Part shown: piece after piece, positions 1 to 12,917 of the stretch
How positions within the stretch are numbered: position 1 is the stretch's first letter
Layout: the number at the start of each line of letters is the position of its first letter
NCBI GenBank assembly: GCA_043228905.1
Contig: JBHGNT010000011.1
Location: forward strand, 13,516,001 to 13,580,000
From: Azolla caroliniana
Lineage: Eukaryota > Plantae > Polypodiophyta
Length of the DNA stretch: 64,000 nucleotides
Reading direction: 5' to 3'
Notes under the pieces: model-generated
What the model saw: only the letters and a program-made list of their open reading frames with translations
Told to the model about the DNA's origin: nothing
Database searches by the model: none
Program-made: the position numbers and the translations under genes

Positions 1-3
1 CCA

Positions 4-412
4 TGTAAAAGAATACGTGCAGAAACAATAGAAAACCGAACATAGAAAATAGCAGGTTTAATGGAGAGCTTAGGATATACACACAATATGCGGGAGAGAC
101 AGAGAGAGAGAGAGAGAACACACAGAAACTCAATTCAAAATAATACTCAATCTGTACATACACCGTCCTCAGTGAGCACCTTTTATACAAGCCCTAACAA
201 TAGGGCTGACACAAGTACTGACAGTACTTGACCGCTCATAAATGAGCCTACTACACTAACTCCCAAAATTATTCCTTATGAGGAATATCTTCCCAATGGC
301 CTCACGGTTTACGCACCGATACGGAAATGTTATGTGTACCAATTTACGCACCCAATCTACGCACTGGTTTACACATCGTATTACGCACGAATGTTGAGCT
401 TGTCTCTCAACA
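4..412 (-). mobile_element. 5' LTR of a Copia family-A element (A0); element continues off the left edge
   Basis: Minus strand starts TGTTGAGAGACAAGCTCAACA (same start as the LTR at 19389) and ends ...TCTTTTACA, followed by TGG (start of the tRNA-iMet PBS) at 3..1. It interrupts the gag of element B3. Confidence 0.85.
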
Positions 413-1017
413 AGATTCGACTCCGTTTGGGACAAGACTCCTTTGTCTTTCCTCCTTGCCTCCTCGTTTAGGATGCTTGTCTTTACCGTCTGTAAAGAAA
501 ACTTCTCTTCTTGACAGGAGGTGCTGAGAGTAACCACCAAGTTCTCCCAGCTTTCCGGCAGCATACACATAAGCAAGATGGCCTACATTGCATCATCCAG
601 GGGAAACTTGGTCGTAGCAAGTTGATTTACATACCCCATAAATGTGTTGATGTGTTTGACGATGCTCTCACCGTCTCTGTATTTCAGTCGTATGATTTTA
701 CACATTAGCGAGGTTTTGTTTAGCACGTTCTTCCTCTCGTACAGACCCGACAACTTCTGCCACATCTCGTGGGCATTCGTGTCATTCGCCACATGCTGAA
801 GGACACTTACATTGACACATTGTCGGATTGTGGCCACTGCCTTCCTATTCAGAAGCTTCCAGTCCGACTCCAATACCCCCCTGGGTATTTTTGCTCTATC
901 GACTGGCTCGTACAGGTCTTTAAATATAAGAAGATCTTCCATCTTTATCTTCTAGTCTGCATAGTTCTGTGACTTCAGAACTATCATACCTGGGAAACCG
1001 CTAACACCTCCTTCCAT
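413..1017 (-). pseudogene. Copia gag N-terminal fragment (B3), with stops
   Basis: MEGGVSGFPGMIVL..MEDLLIFKDLYEP..LMCMLPESWENLVVTLS..SILNEEARR matches the B1/B2 gag; cut by the A0 LTR. Confidence 0.85.
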
Positions 1018-1592
1018 GCTTGCACCTCAAGCTCTGATACTAGTTGGTCGAGAAATCGTTGCGGAATATAAATCACAATGAACAGACAATGCTGAAATAC
1101 GAATCAGACCCAAATGCGAGAAAGACAACATAGACGACTATAAACATAGATTTACGTGGAAACCCTAAAACGGGGAAAACCACGGGTGAACAGAATTTCT
1201 TCCCTATACGAAGTGGATATACAATACAAAGATGAATACAATACTCTGTCGAGTGTATCAACCGCATAGGGCTCTTCGTGTCTGCTGTTACTCACACAGC
1301 TATGGCGCGGCTCACACTTCTCTCTCTCACACACTCTCTGCACAAAGTTTTCAACTACTTCTGTTCCTACATCTCTCATAACATGTTTGCCCTAGTTGCA
1401 TATATACTTACGCAACTTTCTGGTTATTTACATACGTAGCCCTCATGAGGCGCACACTAAGGCTATTTACAAATATAGTCTCCCGAGTTGGCTATATACA
1501 CATAGCCCTCATCAAATCGGCTCCTGTTTTTCGACCGTCGGCCTTTCCGAACAATCGGATCTTCCTCCCACTGAAGGGACAAATTCCCAACA
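413..1592 (-). mobile_element. 5' part of an older Copia family-B element (B3): LTR 1045-1592, PBS 1031-1042, gag fragment
   Basis: LTR TGTTGGGAATTTG...CA; PBS TAGTATCAGAGC (one mismatch to TGGTATCAGAGC); gag protein nearly colinear with that of B1 (20288). Confidence 0.85.
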
Positions 1593-1749
1593 GATATTAA
1601 GCTAATCTAAAATACTATCTTCACTGTTATTGTTTCATGTCTTGTGTGAAGAACCACACTCAATTTTGTACATTCCATGCAATTTTCACACCATTGCCGA
1701 AAATCTTCACAATAGCGGGCGGGGTTGGGGGGTCATAACTTGGTACTCG

Positions 1750-4470
1750 CGAGAGACGTCGAGGTAGAGGTCTAACTCTCGTATGTCGTCAACCTCGAGA
1801 TCGGTGGGCTAGTTGAATGTTGCACATTCGATACTGAATATGTGGGTATGAACCAATGAAACCCTAAAGGGGGAACGTAGGCAGTAGCGCTCTCTAGCAG
1901 GCCGGGGGTGAGGGTGTCGGCGGTTCAGTGTAAGCGAACCAATGTGGTGAAGATTTGGGCCAACTAGTCGTCGTTGACTTGCATCATGACATCGGAAGGG
2001 TAAGCGAAACACATCGTGTCAGGGATGTCTAAGTCTGGGGTGATGGCGGTATGGAGGTAGGCCATGCCTTCGAGAAACAAAACAGGGAGGTGTTGGGGGA
2101 AGAGGTCGTTTGCCGGTGGTGGGGGTTCGTCGGTGACTTCCGGGTACAACATAAAGAGTGTGAGGGCATGGTTGTCTTTTGCAAGTACTTGAACGAACGT
2201 CGTCCGATCGGGTGGGTCGTCTCGTCAAAGAACACGCGACGTGTAGCGGCTAACGACTGAAGTATACACGTGACCTGGGCAAGAAGGTTGCGTGGTGTAC
2301 ATGGTATAGTGAAGAGTTCGGAGAGTTGGGATGTCGAGGTCACATACACCGAGAGCGCCTAAATCATATTCAGAGTAACATGCGGAGTAGGGGGGGGTCT
2401 ACACGGTGGAGGCGCCAGTCGTGCCCGGGCTGAGGGCGTGCTTGAGGACAGCTTTGGTTGTACGGAGTTGGGTGATGTCCTTCTCGAGTTCGGCGCACCG
2501 GCGGCAGTGTTTGATGAGGAGGCATCGATTCCGCTTGTTTGCGACCTCCACTTGTTGGACCATAGCATCATGTTCAGCTTTGAGCGTTGTGATCTAGTTC
2601 ATGGGTATGTGATTTGCAACCGTGGAGTTGGCCAGGACCTCAAACTATGTAGAGAGGTCAATAGTCATCGCGGTGAGTTGTGTTTTCGTCTGTTGGTGTT
2701 GTCTGGTGAGGCGTACGTACTCGGCAGAGAGTTCGGTGTGTGTTTGCACTGCTCATTCTTGGTCGTGGCGCCATGTTGTTTGGGCTCTATGGAACTTGTC
2801 GGTGAGTTTGTGGCATCGGGTTTGTTCAACGAGCAGTTCCTTCTTGAGGAGGTCGTAAGCGGCGGCTTGGCATGCGTTGGTATGGTGGGCGTACCTCACT
2901 TCGGTGGCCAAGACCTCGTTCCTTGTGGAGGCCTCTTGCTGGTCGTTGGCAGTCTGTTGGGCTTGTGCATTGACTTGGAGTAGGCGTCGATTCACGACGA
3001 AAGTCATCTTGAGGATGTCTGTCACCATGTCAGCTAAGGGTTTGGGGGTGGTGGAGGGTGTTGGGGGAGGGCGGGCGGTTGTAGTAGTGGTTGGCGTAGG
3101 GCTGAGAACAAGGGCTGGTAGGGGTTCTGGTGGGGTGGTCATCATGGTGGTATCAGGGTTGGATTGGGAGGGAATAACCAGGCTTGGAGATGGTGGTGGG
3201 TTAGGGTTCTCAAGAGGGGGAAGGGGGTTTCGACCTCTAGGGCGTCGATGGGTGGTGGGTTGTGGCGGGCTAGTTTACAGGGTCAACATTGCGGGGTGTT
3301 GTCGATAAGCATGGGGGGTGGTGGTTGGGTGGTCATGCAAGGGGAGGCTAGCAGGGTTTCACCGAGGAGAGAGGTTGGCGAGGGTGGAAGGGCTACCGGG
3401 TTCCATAGGTCACGAAGGGTCGACGTTGCGGGGTATCGTCGATAAGCATGGGGGGTGGTGGTTGGGTGGTTGTGCAAGGGGACGCTGGCAGGGTTTCACC
3501 GAGGAGAGAGGTTAGCGAGGGTGGAAGGGGTGGGGCCACCGGGTTCCGCAGGTCGCGAAGGATCGATTCGATGGTGCAACTGCGAGTACGAGGGATCGTG
3601 GTCATGGTCTGATGGGACACGTAATAGAATGTGGTAGACAATTCTTGGATTTCCGCGGGGGTGAATTCACGTGTCTGGAATTCTTTTACGTGATGGGTGA
3701 TTTCCTCGGGTGTATCGAGGGTATCCTCGGCCACCACATGGGTGATTTGGGGTTGTTTGTGCGTTGGTGGGCGTTCACATTCGCCTTGGTGGACTTGCCT
3801 TAAGAAGTCATGTTCGTGAATGCGGAGATGCTCGGGTTGACCTGGTACGGTTATCTTGCGGTGTCATTCCTAGTAGCGTATGTAAGGAGGAGCTGGAGGG
3901 ACAATGTTGAACTTTCTGCACATGTAACGCATGAGGAACCATGCGAAATTGGCTACCAATTTGGGGCGTGTCTACCATTCCTTCACTCGTCGAACAAGTT
4001 CGTGGTCCCACTGGACCGGTTGAGGATCGCGTGCCCACATGAGGAACTCACTGGTGATATGGGCGATGGCATCTGTGGAGGTGGTGTCACTGATCTGAGC
4101 GATGGCGCTACAACGATCGTGGAGGTGAGGGGGGATTTCGGTGAAACGCCAACCTTCACGTCTGGAATACTCGATGTAGACAGCGGGGGGGGTGGTTCGA
4201 AGAGTACCGTGAGGGGATGCAATGAGGCCGTGAGTGAAACAGCCAGATGTGACCGCCAGCGACAAGAGGGCGGCAAAAATGACGTTGTAGTCGTCATGGC
4301 CGCCACATGAGGTGGGTACGCTTGTGGCGTTGGTGGGGGGGGGGGGGGTGGGGGGGAGTGAGAGAGCGCAGGAAGAAAGAGCAAAAAAAACAGATTTTTT
4401 GACGTACCCGAGGAGGAGGCGGTGGCGAGAAGCAACGCTTGGAAGGCAAGGAGGAGAGCGATGAAACACA
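1750..4470 (-). pseudogene. Extra 3' ORF of G1 (unknown function; Pro/Thr-rich linker and long coiled coil), decayed
   Basis: Chain of minus-strand ORF pieces (3972-4469, 3393-3737, 2753-3145, 2029-2349, 1964-2152) joined by single stops and frameshifts; heptad-like QVNAQAQQTANDQQEA...DLLKKELLVEQTRCHKL. Ends are approximate. Confidence 0.6.
3288..3565. repeat. About 137-bp tandem duplication inside the extra ORF
   Basis: GTCGATAAGCATGGGGGGTGGTGGTTGGGTGG...GGGTTTCACCGAGGAGAGAGGTT occurs at about 3301 and about 3438. Confidence 0.85.
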
Positions 4471-5011
4471 AAATGAGGGTAGAGTGCAACACGAGAGGGG
4501 CTGGAGCACAGTCACAGAGGGAGGAGGAAGAGCGGTGAGGGAGAAGAAAGAGTCGTGAGGGGGAAAGAGGAGTGGGGAAAGGAGGGAAAAAGAAAGAGTC
4601 ATGAAGGGGGAAGAGGAGTGGGGAAAGGAGGTCAAAAGAGAGAGGACCTAAAAATACCATGAAAAATAATATGTAAAAGAACGAGACGAACAAAAATAGA
4701 TAGACCACGAGTAGAAATAATCGGCCGAGGGGTCCCTAAAAATAAAGGGTAACTCTTATATTGTAAATACTAATAAATATACCGAAAAAGACAAATTTGC
4801 GGGCAAGGATGGTACGAGTAATGAATAAATAAATTATTGTCTAATGGGGACGGTAACAAAGGTCAGGGGAGAAGACAGGCCGAGTAGTTGATGAGCGAAG
4901 TGACATAAGGTATGGTGACGGGTTAAAAGGGTGTGGGGTGGGCCAAGGTTTATGTGCGGACGGTAGAGTTGGACAGGAATCCACCGAGGGTTTCATGAGA
5001 GTTTGGGAAAT

Positions 5012-6055
5012 TTAGGGGTTTTTGTGTGGGGTTAAGGTGGCGAGTGTGGGGGGTGCGTTGTTCGAGTGTTGGGGTGCGTTTTTGTGTGGGGTTAAGGTGG
5101 CAAGTGTGGGGTTAAGGACCCAAACCCGTGACGTCCTTTCAAGGGGGAAAAGGGGGGCCTGTGAGGTAGTTCTATGGGGAATTCGACCTCCCAATAGTTG
5201 AGTCCAATCGAGGTCTATGGCCTTAACCTAGGCGGGGTATTTGGCCGATGTGTGCATTTGTCGAGTGTCCCGTGCAGTCGTGGTATGGTTGCAGGTGGGA
5301 AGTCGGCTTCGTTTCGGGACCCAGAAGTGAGTGGCACCTTTGTGTCAGCCTTGGGCGTTTGTGAGTTCTTTTCTTACTCGCCAAGTAGCATGTTCTCCGT
5401 GGCGTGGTCCTTCGGCGACAATCGCTAGGACATTCACCCATTTGCGTGGCATGGATGTCCTTGTTCTGATGTTAGCGTTACTCTAGCCTTGGGTGGCCGG
5501 TGGTTGTGTGAGTTCCTTTTGGTTGGGTGGTTTCACGCTCTGGAGTTCGTCGAGATTGGTGGGACGTGGTTCAAGTGTTGTTGCAACGAGTTTCTCGAAC
5601 CTCACACCATTTGCAATTTGGAATGAGACAATGTTCTTGCTTGGTGACAGGAGACATTCGCTTATGTGACACCAATCCAAACCGAGGAGGCATGGGGTGT
5701 ACAACACTTTCAGTGGGAGGACCTGAACTCGAATTGAGTGGTTGTTGTATTTTGTCTTGATATTACACACAAAGGTTCTGAGGCAGCATGATGTGGAACC
5801 ATCGAAACCAAGGAAGTTATCATTGCACACTTCGAGGTCCGGGAAACCTAGATGTCCCCATGTTTCGAAGGAGAAAAGGTTTAGTGATGCTCCGGTGCCG
5901 ATTACTGCCATTAAAGGTACATCATCAGCGAAGCATGGTAGGTGCGTCATCACGTCATTAGAGTCTATCAACTTAGCCATAGCCGCAAGGTGGGTGTCCC
6001 CTTGTCTTTTCAGTTTCGCTTGCACATTGCGAAGGTCGGTTTCTAGTCGGGCCAT
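5012..6055 (-). pseudogene. C-terminal extension of G1 pol carrying a second retropepsin-like aspartic protease domain
   Basis: LPCFADDVPLMAVIGTGASLNLFS...FLGFDGS...CLLGLDWC; in frame with the integrase GPY/F tail across a single TGA. Confidence 0.7.
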
Positions 6056-9000
6056 TCAGCCTTCGGATGCCTTAAGTTTGGCTTCCACTTCTCGTTGTCG
6101 AGCCGTGACTAGGGCTTCGAGGGTGAGGGGTCCGTAGTAACGTTTGAGCTTGCTCCCATTGATGAATCCTGGGATGTCGAGTCCTTCAAGCGTGCATATT
6201 CGACATGCTCCTGTCTTGGTTATCTTTGAGACTACATAGGGGCCTTCGCCTCGTAATTTCAGCTTCTTTTGTGTCGTTGAGAGGAGAATTTGAGAGCCAT
6301 GTCCCCTTCAACTTGGTCTTTATCTCTTACTTTTTTGTCATGCCATGCTTTTCTATTGGCTTTCTCTATCAAGAGTGCTTGGAATGCGAGAAGATGAGTT
6401 TCGGTCAACCGTTCTAGGTTGTGTAGGTGTGATGGGAGGGGGTTCCCATCCCATCGTTCTTGGATGGCTATCCTGAGGCTAGGGACGAGGAACTTGATGG
6501 GCAGTACCGCTTCTTGTCCATATACTAGTTTGGATGGTGTGTGGTGAGTTGCTACTTTCTAGGAGGTGCAGAAGGCCGACAATGTGGCTTGGAGTTTGGT
6601 GCTCCAATCGGACCGCGAAGCTGCAATTATTTTCGTGAGTACTGCACATAACACCTTATTAGTGTTTTACGCTTGTCTGTTGCACTAGGGGTAATAAGGG
6701 GAGCTCTTGCGGTGCGTCACCATAAACTCGCCTAGTAGGTGTGTTATCACTTCGTTGAGGAAATGGGAGCCTTGGTCGCAAATGATCTCGAGCGGACATC
6801 CAAACCGTGTGATGACATTTTTGTATAGGAATTTGGCGGTGCTACATGCATTAGCATTAACGCAAGCTTTGGCTTCCGTCCACTTGGTAGCATAGTCAGT
6901 GGCAGTGATTATGTATCGATTGAAGTTGAAAGTTGGGCTAATTGGGCCGATAAAGTCGTTACCCCATTTCTCGAACGGTTGCCAAGCCACTACCGGGTTT
7001 AATGGGATGAAATCCGCCTTTAACGGGTGTTTAAAACGCTGGCACTCGTCACACCGGCGTACATATTCGTATGTGTCTTTAATTAGTGTTGGCCACCATA
7101 GGCCGGATTGGAGGATCTTGCGTGCGGTGACCTCGTGATTGAAATGACCACTTCCGCCTCTGCAATGAGCTTGTTCGAGGACGGCGACAACATCATGGTC
7201 TGTTACACGCCTCTGAAGTACATCGTTGTTGCCTCTTTGATACAAGTTTCCTCTGAGCATCGTGAAGGGGCCACATTTTCTTAACAAGACATGTGCTTAT
7301 GCCCGACTTAGTTGTTTTAGGAAGGATGCTCCTTCGGTTAAGACACGAACGATGCCTAATGCCCATGATGGTACGGTGTCGATCGTGAATAATGTTGCAT
7401 CTGGCGTTTCATCGTCGACTCCAGTAGCTTCTTCTCCATTTAGCATTCATGAGAAATGATCGGCGAGTACATGGTCTTTTCCTTTTCTCACCACCACCTT
7501 GAAGTCAAACTCGAGTATAGTTACGATGCATCGTGATATGTGTCCCCTGGCGTGAGTCTTGTTTACCAAGTAGAGGAGGGCTTGATGATCTACGAAAAAC
7601 GAGAAACGTGATGCCAAGAGATAATATCGGAACTTTTTCACACTGTAAACCATTGCTAAAGCTTCTCATTCCGTTGTGGAGTAATTTTGTTCCGTAAAGT
7701 TCAGCTAACAACTGGCAAAGGTGATCAATAGGTCGAGTGCTCCTTCGCCAGGTTGAGCGAGTACCACACCAATCACGAAGGCGGAAGCATCGGTGTGAAC
7801 GTGGAATTCTTTGTTCCAGTCTGGGGATCGGAGGATGGGGGCCTTAGTTAAGCACTCCTTCAAGAGCTTGAACGAGCGGGGGCACTCTTCCGTCCAGGTG
7901 TACTGCTTTAGTAAGGCGTAGGGTGGTCTTGCCTTGTCTGCGAACATCTTAATGAAGCATCTATAGTAACCCGCGTACCCCATGAACCCTTATAGTTGTT
8001 TCTCATTCACAGGAGGTGGCATGTCAAGGATGAGCTTTACTTTTGCCTCATCAGTCGAGATCCCATGTTGGGACACAACATGACCTAATGTGAGTCCGTG
8101 TTTGACCCCGAATTAACACTTGAAGGGGTTGAGGGAGAGTTGATAGTCCCTGCACTTTTCGAACGGCAAGTGGAATAGTGCCAAGTGGTCATGCCATTTC
8201 AAATGGCAGCATAAATCGTCGACATAGGACTCCACCCCTTGTCGTAACCTTGCCACAAAGATGTGGTTCACTGCCCTTTGATAGGTGCTCAGGGCACTTG
8301 TGAGCCTGAAAGACATCTGTTTATATGCGAACGTACCAAATTCGGTGGCAAAGGCCGTCTTTTGTTGATCCTTGGGCACCACCGAGATTTGGTTGTACCC
8401 CGAGAACCCATCGATGAAGTTATAGGCGTTTGCTCCCGCAATTCTTTCGAGTAAGTGTTCGATCTAGGGTACCAGGTAGTTGTCTTTGATGGTGGCTTTG
8501 TTGACTTGGCGGTAGGCTACACATGTGCGGATTTGGCCATTCTTCTTCGGGATGACTATGATCAGGGGGACCCAAGTTGTTCGTTCAATCGGGTAGATGA
8601 TGCCCGCGTCCAACATTTTATTGATTTCGACATTTACTTGTTGAGCGTAGTTATGGTTCATTAGGCGCGGTCTTTGTCAGATTGGGCGGTTGTCGGCTCG
8701 CATGGGGATGCAATGGGTGACGAGTTCAGCCGGTACACCTTTCATATCTACATACGACCATGCGAACACATCTCTAAATTCTGTAAGGAGGTCGATCAAC
8801 GACGTCTCCTCGTCCAACTGTAGATCCGTGGCGATGAACACTGGTTTGGGGTCCACCCCATTTCCGAGATTGATTTCTTTAACTCTCGCCGGTCCGTCAC
8901 ATGCCTCGCCTAGGATGTTAGGGGTGTGTTGTGATCTCTTACAAGCCACCTCCCTACTCCCTTTTTCATAGAGTTTGAATTGCTCTGGGAAGTCTACCTC

Positions 9001-9163
9001 TGTCGAGGTCTTCCGAGTGATCGCATCCTCTTCTTAGCGTGTGATTTGTTGTGCTAGGTCCTCGTCTTTTACGTCCACCTGTTTTCGCTGGGGTACGAGA
9101 CTGGTGACATTAAAACACGAGATCGTGTCTCCATCCTCATCGCGACACTTTGTACCAATGGAG
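6056..9163 (-). pseudogene. G1 pol: reverse transcriptase, RNase H, integrase (degraded)
   Basis: KEINLG..DVFAWS; DGFSGYNQI; YVDDL; HTDASAFVIGVVLAQ; DHQAL; HHCC zinc finger (GHFNHEVTARKILQSGLWWP..CDECQ); core DFIGP..DQGSHF..SSPYYP; GEGPYVV..INGSKLKRYY. Confidence 0.92.
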
Positions 9164-9167
9164 TATA

Positions 9168-12100
9168 AACACCGAGTCATTTGAAACAGGTAATATGTCG
9201 CATTTTGAGAACTGTCCATCAAAAAATAACACAAATTAGGGTGATTCACAAAAAGGGGTGTCGCATGCGTAAAGGAATTTTAAAAATGACCCAAAAATAT
9301 ATTGATTTTTAACATGTACGGAAATTTAGGTGTTCAAAAAAATGCCTAAATAATGGACATGCCAAACTTACAAATGAATGTCCAAAATGACTAACCCCAA
9401 TATTTATAGAAATTCTAAATCCAAATCTTGATGTGCAATACAATATTTATAGTTAACGTATCAGGACAATCATTTTTCAAGTTTATGTCATCATCTTCAT
9501 ACCCATTAGATGAACTAGTACGAGTTTATGAGGTCTCATCCTCATCATCAATGGCAACTAATGCATTGTGTTGATCCAATTGCAATCCAACCTCATCGCG
9601 TTTATGAGTCATGCTTCTTGTTTGTCTTTGTGTTGTGTCTGAAGCCACATTCCAGATCCTCTTTTAGTATCTTCATTGTGGTCTGTCACAGATAACTTGT
9701 TTTGGTCAAAGATAAGTCATACACTAATATATAAACATTATCCAATGTAAGAGTAGATGTGCTTGATGCATCTTTCCTCCTCACTTTTTGGTTATGATAT
9801 TTCATTATGTACTTTCCATTTACAAGATTAGATTATGTGAGAGAAGCTTTCTACCAAAATCATTAGAATCTAAAAAATGTCTTAAAGATGTTTTCCATTT
9901 TTCTTAGATTCTCATAGTAAGCCTTTGATGTCATACAGAAATCTGATTCATTCCATCTAGATTTGACGCAACATGTCGAATTTTACTCTATACATCTAGA
10001 ATTGGATATAATGCATCAAATTCCTGTAAGTCTTGGAATTTTTTTTAAAATTTCCATTAAAAAAATACTGTTGCATTTTAATGCATTGCATTGAATTCTA
10101 GCTACATAGACTAAAATATGATACATTGCATGGATTTCCCGAAAATACATAAATAAATACAAATTGAAAAAATAAAACATTTTCCCATAAATAAATAAAT
10201 AAACATTTTTTATTTTACTCGTAAATAAATAAATAAAAATTGAAAAATTAGATTTCAATGGAAATCCAATTTCGTGCATCGGATTCAATTGAAAATCCAA
10301 TTTCTCTTATTTGTTTGAAAATTTTATTATTTTTTGAATTGTTTTTGAATTTGTTTTTATTTTTCCCATAAATAAATAAATAAAAATTGAAAAAATGGAT
10401 TTTAAACGGAAATCCAATGCACTGCATCGGATTTCCGTAGAAAATCCACTTTTTCTTATTTTTTTCCAAATTTTCAGAGTTTTTAGAATTTTTTTGGTAT
10501 TTTGTTTGTCTATTTTCTCATAAAAAACTATATAGAAATTGAAAAAATCAATTTTCAAAGGAAATCCGATGCATTGCATCGGATTCAATGCATCGGATTT
10601 CTATTGAAAGTCCACTTTTTGCTATTTGTTACCAAATTTTCATATTTTAAAATATTTTTTTGTATTTTTTTCATTTTTTTTCATTTTTTCCCATAAATAA
10701 ATAAATAAAAATTGCAAAAAATGGGTTTTCAACAGAAATCTGATGCACTACATCGGATTTCTATTAAAAATCCATTTTGTCTTATTTGTTTCCAATTTTT
10801 CAGATATTTTGAATTGTTTTTGTTTTTATCATAAATAAATATATAGGAATTGAAACAAATGGATTTTCAACGGAAATCCGATGCACTGCATCGGATTTCC
10901 ATTGAAAGTCCACTTTTTCTTGTTTGTTTACAAATTTTCTTATTTGTTTATATTTTTCTCTAAAAAAGTGTTAAAAATAAACAAATTGTGATTTTCTCCA
11001 TTTAAAATGATGTGGTTGAAAACAGATCATTTTCAACAGGATTTTCAATGGAAATCCGATGCACTGCATCGGATTTCCATTCAAAATCACTGAGTTTCAA
11101 CAGAAATCCGATGCACTGCATCGGATTTCCGTTGAAAGTCCAATATTTTTCTTATGTTTTTTCATAAAACATTAATTTGCAATTGAAATCCGACTCAATG
11201 GTTCAGATTTTGTTGAAAATGTAATATTTTTTTATTATCTCATTGTTTTATGAAAAACCTAAAAGAAATTTGGATTTGTAATTCAAATTCGATGTAGTGC
11301 ATTAGATTTCGGTTGGAAATCCACTTTTTTAATATATTTTTATTTATTTTTTGAAAAAATGAAAAACAATTGAAAAGAAAGAGGATTGCCAGCTAAAATC
11401 TGATGCAATGCATCAATGTGTCTAGCTGTATAGACTACGATCTGATGTAGTGTATCGGATTTCAATTGAAAAGCCGTTTATTACTTTTTTATATGGAAAA
11501 TAAATAAATAAATAACATTGGAAAAAGAAAAAAGAAAAATGGATTTTCGACTCTAATCCAACGCATTGCATTAGATTCTAGCTATATATACTAAAATATA
11601 ATGTAGTGCATAGTATTTTAGCTAAAAATCCATTTTTTATTTTTTAATGGAAAAAAATTTAAAAATTACAAAAAAAAAAACTTGGATTTTCAACTGAAAT
11701 CTAGTGCATCGCATTGGATTCCAATTAAAAATCCAAGATTTTTTATTTTTTCAAATTTTATTGTTTCAAATTTTCAATGGGTTTTAGATTAGTTTTCTGA
11801 CACAGGTATATAATATAAAACTTACATCAATTTAGATTAATGTTATATTCTATTCTTCAGTTTGATGTTACCTGTGCAATTTCATTCTACTGTCATGTAC
11901 TACTAAAACATACGCCTTAAAGATTATCAGGAACTCTGTTGCATTAGAGAAGGACCCTTGAGCAAGTTAATGTCATCAAAATGAGGATCCAAGGTATCTG
12001 GGGTTGTCCTGATCAAGACCAAGAAGTTGGGGCAAAGCATATCAATAAAACTTAGATGTTCCAGATGACTTTTAGAAAACTTGTGGAACTATAGATGAAG

Positions 12101-12917
12101 ACGTAGGGCAACTTGTTGAATTAGAAGACGTTTCAGAGTCTGAACATACTAACAATTCAACTTAGTGTACTGACGAAGCCAATGAGGAAAATCCTGATGA
12201 AAGAGCTAATCCTGAGTAGACGGCTTTACCAGACTTATTATTCTATTGAATGGTTATGGCTTATTGTAAATTTTGAACAATATGAATTGTTAAATTTTGA
12301 CGTAATATATAAGTTGAGCTTACTTATAATTTTCGTGTATCAATCATTGAACTTAGAAATTAAGTATACTTGTATGTGTACATGTTATCTAAACTCTCCT
12401 TTATCATTTGGGGTATATCGGAGATAAGTTTATACTCTATCATTTACTCGTATGATTGGAATGTTATTGTAGACTAGTTTATTTATACATTGACAGTGTC
12501 ATGTATCACGTGTCAATGGAAATTTTCTCTTGACATAGTAGTATCTCTTAATTGCAAGGTTCACAATTTGCTTTAAGATGTATTATATTTAAATATACAC
12601 ACATAATTAGAAGAAGTCACTTATTCAATGGGGCATGCTTTTTAGAATATGCACAAGGACCCATGTTACTATTATACTTGTGTTGACAAATACACCCCTG
12701 TCTAAGATTTGGAAAAAAACATGGTAGATAGAATATACGTCGGATGATTTTGTTGACATGATATTAGTTAGTTCTTTTTTTCGCTATGTTTTCATAAACC
12801 ACATACACATGCGTCGTGCCTTGTTGAAATTCTGCTTAAATAAGGCATTTTTTAACATCTCACTAAGAAATGAAAAAGAGAATGCGACATATTACCTGTT
12901 TCAAATGACCTGGTGTT
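9168..12917. mobile_element. Non-autonomous TIR DNA transposon, 37-bp TIRs, probable TATA target duplication; superfamily unassigned
   Basis: 9168-9204 AACACCGAGTCATTTGAAACAGGTAATATGTCGCATT is the reverse complement of 12881-12917 with 2 mismatches. TATA lies at 9164-9167 and 12918-12921. Removing the element and one TATA restores the G1 pol frame (...HALSTNDAIYSIGTKC...). Confidence 0.88.
10010..11740. repeat. Array of about 12 imperfect palindromes (core AAATCCGATGCA-C-TGCATCGGATTT) separated by AT-rich spacers
   Basis: Clear copies at about 10400, 10555, 10730, 10861, 11040, 11095; more degenerate copies at 10255, 11185, 11275, 11390, 11545, 11690. Confidence 0.9.

Noticed and set aside
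10010-11740. CRISPR-like appearance of palindromic repeats with spacers
   Set aside because: Repeats are degenerate, spacers are irregular low-complexity A/T tracts related to each other, there are no cas genes, and the context is a eukaryotic TE.
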